From Verrucomicrobiota bacterium (GTDB lineage: Bacteria; Verrucomicrobiota; Verrucomicrobiia; Verrucomicrobiales; DEV007), in the NCBI GenBank assembly GCA_045046875.1, contig JASFYY010000054.1, positions 24,901-88,900 on the forward strand: a stretch of DNA of 64,000 bases. The letters run 5' to 3'. The notes beneath the pieces were generated by a model. That model was given only the letters and a program-made list of their open reading frames with translations. It had not been told where the DNA came from and did no database searches. Each line of letters opens with the position of its first letter. Position 1 is the first letter of the stretch. Below, piece by piece: positions 57,861 to 64,000 of this stretch. The position numbers and the translations under genes were made by a program.

Positions 57861-58020
57861 CCTTCGCCAAGGCTTCGGCGGCCAGGGCCTTTCGCCTTCG
57901 CCAAGGCTTCGGCGGCCAGGGCCTTTCTCCTTCGCCAGAGCTTTGGGCGGCCAGGGCCTTTGATAAGTATATTGCTCTCGAGGTTTTGGTGGCTAAGTCT
58001 CCATCGCCAGGGCTTTGGGC
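57861..58020. repeat. 34-bp REP-like tandem repeat (3 copies + 1 degenerate)
   Basis: CCTTCGCCAAGGCTTCGGCGGCCAGGGCCTTT at 57861, 57895, 57929 (variant) and a partial copy at 58001. Confidence 0.9.
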
Positions 58021-58039
58021 AGGAGGGTAGAGGCTGGAG

Positions 58040-58642
58040 TTAATCCAGATCGGGGATGTAGCAGCCGATGGCGGTGGTGTGGTCGCTGGCAGGGGTTTTT
58101 CCTGCCAGCAGGGCGTCGAGGGTGTCGCGTAGATTGTGTTCGGTGGCTTGGGCGCGGCGCTTGCCGTAGTCGGTCCATTGATTGTTGATGCGACCGCTGT
58201 AGACGAGTTGGCCTTTGTGATTAAAAACGGCGCATTGGGGGGTGACGCTGGCCTGGCTTATTTTGACCAGTTGATGTTTGCGGTCGATGACAATGGGAGG
58301 TTTGAGTGAGTAATCTCTGGCGTGTTTTTTGGCGTCGGCGGTGCTGATTTCGGGATCAACGTGGACGAGGGTGAATGGGATGCCGAGGCCGTGGTAATGT
58401 TGGTAGAGACGGTTGATTTCCGGAGCGAGGGCATTGGCGATCGGGCAGTCGGTGGTGATGAAAATGATCACCGAGGGTTTGTACTGGTCAGATTCGGTTT
58501 GCTCGGATTCCAGGGGCTTGATGTTTTCACCGTCGAGAGTGGTGAGGCTGATTTGCGCTGGGGGAGAATCTGCCAGGCTGGAAAGTTGGGCAAATACAAG
58601 CAGGGCAAGAAACAGGGATGCAATTTTATGCGGCATATTCAA
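58040..58642 (-). CDS. Secreted redoxin (AhpC/TSA, thioredoxin fold)
   Basis: Signal peptide, DCPIAN, VTP, YSGRIN, AIGC. Confidence 0.85.
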   Translation of the reverse strand: MNMPHKIASLFLALLVFAQLSSLADSPPAQISLTTLDGENIKPLESEQTESDQYKPSVIIFITTDCPIANALAPEINRLYQHYHGLGIPFTLVHVDPEISTADAKKHARDYSLKPPIVIDRKHQLVKISQASVTPQCAVFNHKGQLVYSGRINNQWTDYGKRRAQATEHNLRDTLDALLAGKTPASDHTTAIGCYIPDLD

Positions 58643-58647
58643 AATCC

Positions 58648-60165
58648 TTATTTTTTGTCCAAAAAGGCGCCGGCTTTTTTGATTTCATTCACATCCACCA
58701 CCTGGTCCTTGTTTTGGTCGAGGCGGCGGAAGGCTTGGTGATGTTTTTTTGGGGTTTCGGCCAGGGTCACGCGGTCATCGTGATTTTGATCGAGTAATAG
58801 AACGGTGTGCAAGCGGCGCATGAGTTGACGTGACTGGGCGAAACGGTCTTTGGATTTTTTGGATTGCTGTTGCAGGCCTTGTGCGATGCTTTGTTCTTCG
58901 TTTTTATTTTTTGCCACGCATTGGAAAAGGATGCTGCCCATTTCATCATCGGATTCCTCACCCCAGTGGATGCGACGTGGTGGGGAGTTGGGGTTGTCGA
59001 TGTTGTCGGCTGAGTTATCGTAAGTGATGGTTACATCGATGCGGGTACCTTTTGGCAGCACCACCGGCTTTTGATATTGATATTGCCCCTGCCAGTTGAA
59101 ATCCCAGTCGTCGATGTAAAACAGGGGGATTTTTTTTCCGCCGGGTAGGGTGGCGTCGGCTTTCATGCTGCTGCCAATTTGATGGGCATGGGCCCAGACG
59201 GTGACGAGTTCGATATCGCCGGGGACGATGAGGTGATCCTGAATGACGTAGTTGGAATCTCCGGGGGCGATGGTCAGACCGGTGCGTGAGCCGAAACCGG
59301 GGGGGATTTGGAATTCGCCGATTCGGCGTTCGGGTTCCTGTTTGGCAAAATAGATGCCGATTTTGGTTTTTTCCCGCTCAATTTTGCCACTGGGATGGAA
59401 GTGGGTTTGCAGGACGAGGTCGGACCCTTTTGGTAAAGGCAGGGCAAATTGCTTATCGAGTTCCAGCGGCATACCGCCAACGGCCCAGGCTCCGAGAGAA
59501 CCGGTGGCTTTGAAACCTTTCCCCGTGAAACCTGGAAGCGGGTCTTTTTTTTGCAGCTTTTGTGCCTTGCCGGTATTATCGAGGAAAAACAGGGAGTGGT
59601 GCACAACGGTGCGGGCGCTTGGCCGGATTTCAATTGCGCGCACCCATTTGTCTTCGCTTAGATTGAGCGGCAGGGCGAAATAGCGGTAGATATCCCGTCC
59701 TTCGGCATGGACTTCAAAAGCTTGATCCATTTCGACCACCAGATCGGGTTGACCGAGGTTCCAACCTTTGGTGAAGTGAGGCACGGCGGGTTTATTTGCT
59801 GGATCACCTTCGGGGCAGCCCGCCTTGACCCATTTTTGAATGAGAGCGACATCGGTTTCGTTGAGCCGTAGGCTGTTTTTGAAATCACCGTGACCGGGAA
59901 CGGGTTGCCAAGGGGGCATGTAACGGTCGCTGACTACCCGGCGGATTGTTTTTGAACGTCGTTTGGCGTTGGCGTAGTCGAGTAGGGAAAACGGAGCGGC
60001 TTCGCCGGGGCGATGACAGCTCACACACTTTTCGTAGAAGAGTGGGGCGATGTGTTTGGCATAAGTGATTGGGGGAGAGGCGGCTTTTTTTTGCGGGTCA
60101 GGTTCTGCCGTGAGCAGTGATGCACTAAGAAAAAAGGTGAATAGTGAAGTGGTGGAGACGTTCAT
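58648..60165 (-). CDS. Cytochrome c - copper type II (ascorbate-dependent-like) monooxygenase fusion with C-terminal EF-hand-like motifs
   Basis: CVSCH heme motif, VVHH, QTHFH, AHAH, DEM copper ligands, DQNHDD and DQNKDQ loops. Confidence 0.85.
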   Translation of the reverse strand: MNVSTTSLFTFFLSASLLTAEPDPQKKAASPPITYAKHIAPLFYEKCVSCHRPGEAAPFSLLDYANAKRRSKTIRRVVSDRYMPPWQPVPGHGDFKNSLRLNETDVALIQKWVKAGCPEGDPANKPAVPHFTKGWNLGQPDLVVEMDQAFEVHAEGRDIYRYFALPLNLSEDKWVRAIEIRPSARTVVHHSLFFLDNTGKAQKLQKKDPLPGFTGKGFKATGSLGAWAVGGMPLELDKQFALPLPKGSDLVLQTHFHPSGKIEREKTKIGIYFAKQEPERRIGEFQIPPGFGSRTGLTIAPGDSNYVIQDHLIVPGDIELVTVWAHAHQIGSSMKADATLPGGKKIPLFYIDDWDFNWQGQYQYQKPVVLPKGTRIDVTITYDNSADNIDNPNSPPRRIHWGEESDDEMGSILFQCVAKNKNEEQSIAQGLQQQSKKSKDRFAQSRQLMRRLHTVLLLDQNHDDRVTLAETPKKHHQAFRRLDQNKDQVVDVNEIKKAGAFLDKK

Positions 60166-60237
60166 GAATGGTGCGGGTCAAATAAGAATACGGTGCTTGC
60201 CCCCACTAGACGCCGCATTCTCGAAAGGGTTACATTT

Positions 60238-61014
60238 TTAAATCCGAGTATTCATGAAACCTCCGTCGATGGGCCAGGCGGCTCCCGTCACGAACGAAGC
60301 TTCGTCGGAGCAAAGGTAAACGCAGAGGCTTGCGATTTCCTCGGGTTCGGCCATGCGTCCGATGGGTTGGGCTTCACTGAGCTTTTGGAACATTTCCTTT
60401 TCTTGTCCGGGGTAATTTTTGGCAATGAAACCATCGACAAAAGGGGTGTGCACCCGGGCGGGGCAGAGGCAGTTGCAGCGGATGTTGTCTTTGATGAAAT
60501 CAGTAGCGACCGAGTAGGTCATGGTGAGCACCGCGCCTTTTGACATGGAGTAGGCAAAACGATCGGGGATGCCGGTGAGCGATACGATGGATGCCAGATT
60601 AAGGATGACCCCGCCTCCGGATTCTATCATGTGAGGTAGGGTGGTGTGCAGGCAGTTATAAACTCCGCGCACATTGGTCTGGTAGATGCGGTCAAAATCT
60701 TCGATCTTGGTATCCACGGCGTTGCCGACATGGGCGACCCCGGCGTTGTTGACCAGAATGTCGATGCGTTGGTTTTGTTCGATGACTTGATTGATCGCTG
60801 AAGTGACGGATTCAGGATCGGAGACATCGCAGGCGTAGGCTTTTGCTTTCCCTCCGCCATCGTGAATGGCTTGTAGGGCGTCGGCGGCATGTTTTTCGCT
60901 GAGGTCAAATATGGCCACCTCTGCGTTTTGCTGGGCAAATTTCAGTGCGATGGCCTGGCCGATACCCGAGCCTCCTCCGGTGATAATGGCTGTTTTTCCT
61001 GTTAAATCGAGCAT
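60238..61014 (-). CDS. Short-chain dehydrogenase/reductase (sugar-acid dehydrogenase-like)
   Basis: TGGGSGIG, NNAG, YSMSK. Confidence 0.93.
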   Translation of the reverse strand: MLDLTGKTAIITGGGSGIGQAIALKFAQQNAEVAIFDLSEKHAADALQAIHDGGGKAKAYACDVSDPESVTSAINQVIEQNQRIDILVNNAGVAHVGNAVDTKIEDFDRIYQTNVRGVYNCLHTTLPHMIESGGGVILNLASIVSLTGIPDRFAYSMSKGAVLTMTYSVATDFIKDNIRCNCLCPARVHTPFVDGFIAKNYPGQEKEMFQKLSEAQPIGRMAEPEEIASLCVYLCSDEASFVTGAAWPIDGGFMNTRI

Positions 61015-61309
61015 GTTGATGGTTGGTGTTTTTTGAAAAAAAATGAATTCCTACGGATTTGAATAAAAGTTCGTATGCAAAATGTAGGGTGCAAGTTCAA
61101 CCATGGACACGAAAACGACAATATGAAATGAAAATTCTCAAATGAGAGAATAGCAAGCGAGTGCTATGATGAAAGCATTGACGAAAGAGGAGGGATTGTT
61201 TAGGCTCGCTCAAAATTTTGTGACTGTGGAAAATAATGATGTTTTTTTACGTTGATAAAAAGACTATAATTTGTTCTTTGGAGTCGAAAACAAGTGATAG
61301 ATATTAGAT

Positions 61310-64000
61310 ATGCGTAGTTTGAAAAATTTCGGAGTTGTGTTGTTTGCCGTAGCGGGAGTGATCCCGGTGGTATTGATGTTCTTGCTGATCCAATTTGTTG
61401 GAAAAGGTGGTGGGGATCGGCAGGCTGAGGTGGCGCAGTCAAAATTATCCGTTTCCGTGCGCAAGCAGGTTGAGGCTTTGGTCGATAATTCGCTGCAACA
61501 AGCCAAGGGGCTGAAGGACCATCCATTGCTGGTTGACTCAAAAAAGGATCCCAAGGTGGTCAAAGAGGAATTGAAACGTCTGAAAAAATGGCAATTTGAC
61601 GATGTGACGGTGCTCGATGGCAATGGGAAGGTCTTGGTATCAACGATGAACTCGGCACCGAGTGCCGATAATTCGAATTGGGCTAAAAGGGCTTTGGCTG
61701 AAGGCAAGCCTTTTGTCAGTTATCCTTTGACGGAGGGGGGGGCTAGCTACTCGGTGTATCAGGCATTAAAGCCGAAGGGGGATGCCGATACACGTGTGCT
61801 GCGGTTGGATTTTTCATTTAAGCGGATTCAAGCACTGCTGGAAGGAGTGAAGACGGAAGGTGGGGAAAAGTTGTTTTTGGTGGACTCGGCTAATGTTATT
61901 TTGTATGCCAAAGATCCTGCCCAAGTGCTCAAGTCTTTCACTCAGGTGATGAACTTTACCGACTGGGTGGGAGCGAACGAGGGCAAAGTCATGCCTGCTG
62001 CGGATGGAAGCGATGCTTTTGTGCAAACGGTGAAACCGAAAGGTCTGATGGATGGCAAACAGAGGTGGTTGCTTGTTTGGACGGGGATGAGTCAGGGTGG
62101 ATCTTCGATGGGCATGCTGCCGATTTTGTTTGCGGTATCTGCGATTGCGGGAATTGGTCTGGCGGTTGTGCTGGGCTCGGTTTTGACCGGTAAAGTCAAA
62201 GGAGCTATCTCGGATGTGACGGATGGTATGGAAGCGGTTGCGGTAGGGGATCTGAAAGTGGAGCTTGATGGCGGTGGATTGGATGAAACCGATGCTATGG
62301 TAGAGGCTTTTAATGAGATGGTGGGCAATGTCAGATCGAATCGTGACAGCCTTGAGACCAAGATGAAAGAGGAGGGTGGAGAGCTGAGGGAATCGAAAGA
62401 GAAATTGGCATCGGCGACATCCGAGTTGCGCGCGGCTTTTGAAGCGGTTAGCGAAGCGGTGGTGATGGTGGATATTGATGGCAGGGTGATCGAGGCCAAC
62501 CAGCATTTCTGTGATTTGGCCGCTTTGTCACAGAAAGATTTAAAAAGTTATTCATCGGAAGCGCTGTTGGATCAGTTGAAGTCCCGTTTCAAGGATTCCT
62601 CCGGATTTGGCAAACACTGGTTTCATTTTGTCGAGAATCCCAGGGCGGTAGGCAATGACGAATGGTTGACCCCGGGATCGACACCTTTGACAATCGACAT
62701 CCGCACCGTGCCTGTTCTTAGCAATGATGATGAAGTCATGGGGCGCGTTTGGGTTTTCCGTGATGTGACCGAGGTGCACACCTTGGACTTGCAGTTGAGG
62801 CAGTCGCAAAAAATGGGTGCATTGGGAAATCTGGCGGCAGGTGTGGCTCACGATTTTAACAATATGCTTACCGGGATCTCCGGTAACGTGGCGTTTGCTT
62901 CGTTGAAACTGGCCGAGGGAGAAACCGAGAGCATTCCGGAATATTTGGGTTCGGCGAGTGAAGCTTGTGAAAGGTCGTCAGCGCTGGTGCGACAGTTGTT
63001 GGATTTTTCAAAGCAAAAGGGGGCGGAGGAAGTGGTGGTTTCTTGTGATGTTAAGAAGATTGTTCAGGAAACTGCGATGTTGCTGTCGAGGACTTTGGAG
63101 CCTCGCTTGAAACTGGAGGTGCAGGTGGATGATGGTGTTTGGCCGGTGCGTGGTGATGGTAACCAGCTTCAGCAGGTGTTGATGAATATGTGCGTGAATG
63201 CCGGCGATGCGATTTTTGATGACGGCACGATCCGTCTGGAAGCATCTAATCGGGTTAAGGTGAAGATGGGGGGGGACAAAGGGTCTCGCAGTGGTGAGTT
63301 TGTTGAGTTGTCGATCACAGATGATGGCGAAGGCATGGTGGATGAAATTCGCGAGCGTATTTTCGAGCCGTTTTTCTCGACCAAGGCTCAGGGTGAAGGG
63401 ACGGGACTGGGCTTGGCAACTTGCCTTGGTATTGTAGAAAAACTGGGTGGATGGATTGACTGCGAATCAGAATTGGCGTTGGGTACAACGTTCCGCATTT
63501 TTCTGCCTCGAAGCAGAAAGGCGGTGCAAGGGGGTGATGCGCTTGCTGATATTAATTTAAACTTTGATGACTTGGGTGACGGATTCCGTGATGGTGAGGG
63601 TTATGGTCTGAAGGCTCTGGTGGTGGATGATGAGGAGAGTGTGAGAGACGTGGCTGCCAATATTCTTCAGGAAGAAGGTTATGAAGTATTGACCGCGGAT
63701 AATGGAGAAGAAGCGGTGAAGATTTGTCAGGAAGAGGAGGGCAATCTTGCGGTTGTGATTTTGGATTTGACGATGCCGGTGATGTCTGGCCGCGATGCAT
63801 TGGTTCAGATGCGGGACGAGTATCCGGATCTGCCGGTGATCGTTTGCAGTGGTTATCTGATGGATATTGTTGATTTCGCTAGTGAGGTGGGGTGTGAGCC
63901 GGATGAAAAAGTGCAAAAACCATATCGCTTGAATGTGTTGCGGAAGAAGATCAAACAGGTGATTGCCAAGCGTGAAGCGGAAGCAAATGCCAAGGCTAAA
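61310..64000 (+). CDS. Hybrid sensor histidine kinase (TM-Cache-like/HAMP/PAS/HisKA/HATPase/REC), 3' end beyond window
   Basis: Absent from the ORF track, which fits an ORF with no stop in the window. ATG at 61310 is in frame with QSQKMGALGNLAAGVAHDFNNML. Later segments read QQVLMNMCVNA, FEPFFSTK..GEGTGLGL, LVVDDE and LDLTMP. Confidence 0.92.
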   Translation, partial: MRSLKNFGVVLFAVAGVIPVVLMFLLIQFVGKGGGDRQAEVAQSKLSVSVRKQVEALVDNSLQQAKGLKDHPLLVDSKKDPKVVKEELKRLKKWQFDDVTVLDGNGKVLVSTMNSAPSADNSNWAKRALAEGKPFVSYPLTEGGASYSVYQALKPKGDADTRVLRLDFSFKRIQALLEGVKTEGGEKLFLVDSANVILYAKDPAQVLKSFTQVMNFTDWVGANEGKVMPAADGSDAFVQTVKPKGLMDGKQRWLLVWTGMSQGGSSMGMLPILFAVSAIAGIGLAVVLGSVLTGKVKGAISDVTDGMEAVAVGDLKVELDGGGLDETDAMVEAFNEMVGNVRSNRDSLETKMKEEGGELRESKEKLASATSELRAAFEAVSEAVVMVDIDGRVIEANQHFCDLAALSQKDLKSYSSEALLDQLKSRFKDSSGFGKHWFHFVENPRAVGNDEWLTPGSTPLTIDIRTVPVLSNDDEVMGRVWVFRDVTEVHTLDLQLRQSQKMGALGNLAAGVAHDFNNMLTGISGNVAFASLKLAEGETESIPEYLGSASEACERSSALVRQLLDFSKQKGAEEVVVSCDVKKIVQETAMLLSRTLEPRLKLEVQVDDGVWPVRGDGNQLQQVLMNMCVNAGDAIFDDGTIRLEASNRVKVKMGGDKGSRSGEFVELSITDDGEGMVDEIRERIFEPFFSTKAQGEGTGLGLATCLGIVEKLGGWIDCESELALGTTFRIFLPRSRKAVQGGDALADINLNFDDLGDGFRDGEGYGLKALVVDDEESVRDVAANILQEEGYEVLTADNGEEAVKICQEEEGNLAVVILDLTMPVMSGRDALVQMRDEYPDLPVIVCSGYLMDIVDFASEVGCEPDEKVQKPYRLNVLRKKIKQVIAKREAEANAKAK

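Noticed and set aside
57861..58020. Possible CRISPR array
   Set aside because: Units are contiguous with no unique spacers, and no cas genes are visible.
58040..58642. Redoxin lacking CxxC as an anomaly
   Set aside because: A single CP motif plus a C-terminal GC is normal for this redoxin subfamily.
61062..61076. 15-bp inverted match to the end of repeat B (13797-13811)
   Set aside because: AT-rich with no flanking similarity. A few 15-mer matches are expected by chance in 64 kb.
61200..63916. Several minus-strand ORFs at the right end
   Set aside because: They are antisense to the hybrid histidine kinase at 61310->64000.

Overview
Bacterial chromosomal window, probably from a PVC-superphylum organism (Verrucomicrobia-like). 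This is inferred from PVC-type heme-binding proteins, a sulfatase, DUF1080 and a eukaryote-type HisA. 1-12.4 kb is a catabolic operon (IclR, IolD-like ThDP enzyme, aldehyde dehydrogenase, IlvD/Edd dehydratase, a deletion-fused pseudogene, PVC heme protein, sulfatase, DUF1080). 12.5-20.7 kb is an accessory patch with a frameshifted DUF433/DUF5615 toxin-antitoxin pair between ~240-bp dispersed repeats. 21-42.5 kb is mostly core genes (tal, nuoBC, galE, nagZ, hisA, M16 protease). The most interesting part is a ~13.3-kb island in tRNA-Ser(UGA) (42588-55888). It encodes a tyrosine integrase, XRE regulator, TM2 protein and possible Rep, and shows three layers of recombination signals. (1) tRNA-end attL/attR. 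(2) A nested 5,249-bp unit carrying Sir2-HerA and a small serine recombinase, bounded by two hybrid palindromic sites with a shared CA core. (3) Two divergent, homologous promoter + attI-like platforms, each followed by attC-type cassettes, with no integron integrase in the window. After the island come a tRNA-linked mini-repeat, REP-like repeats, an acyltransferase, a redoxin/copper monooxygenase pair, an SDR and a hybrid histidine kinase that runs off the right edge. All calls are by eye from motifs; no database searches were run.
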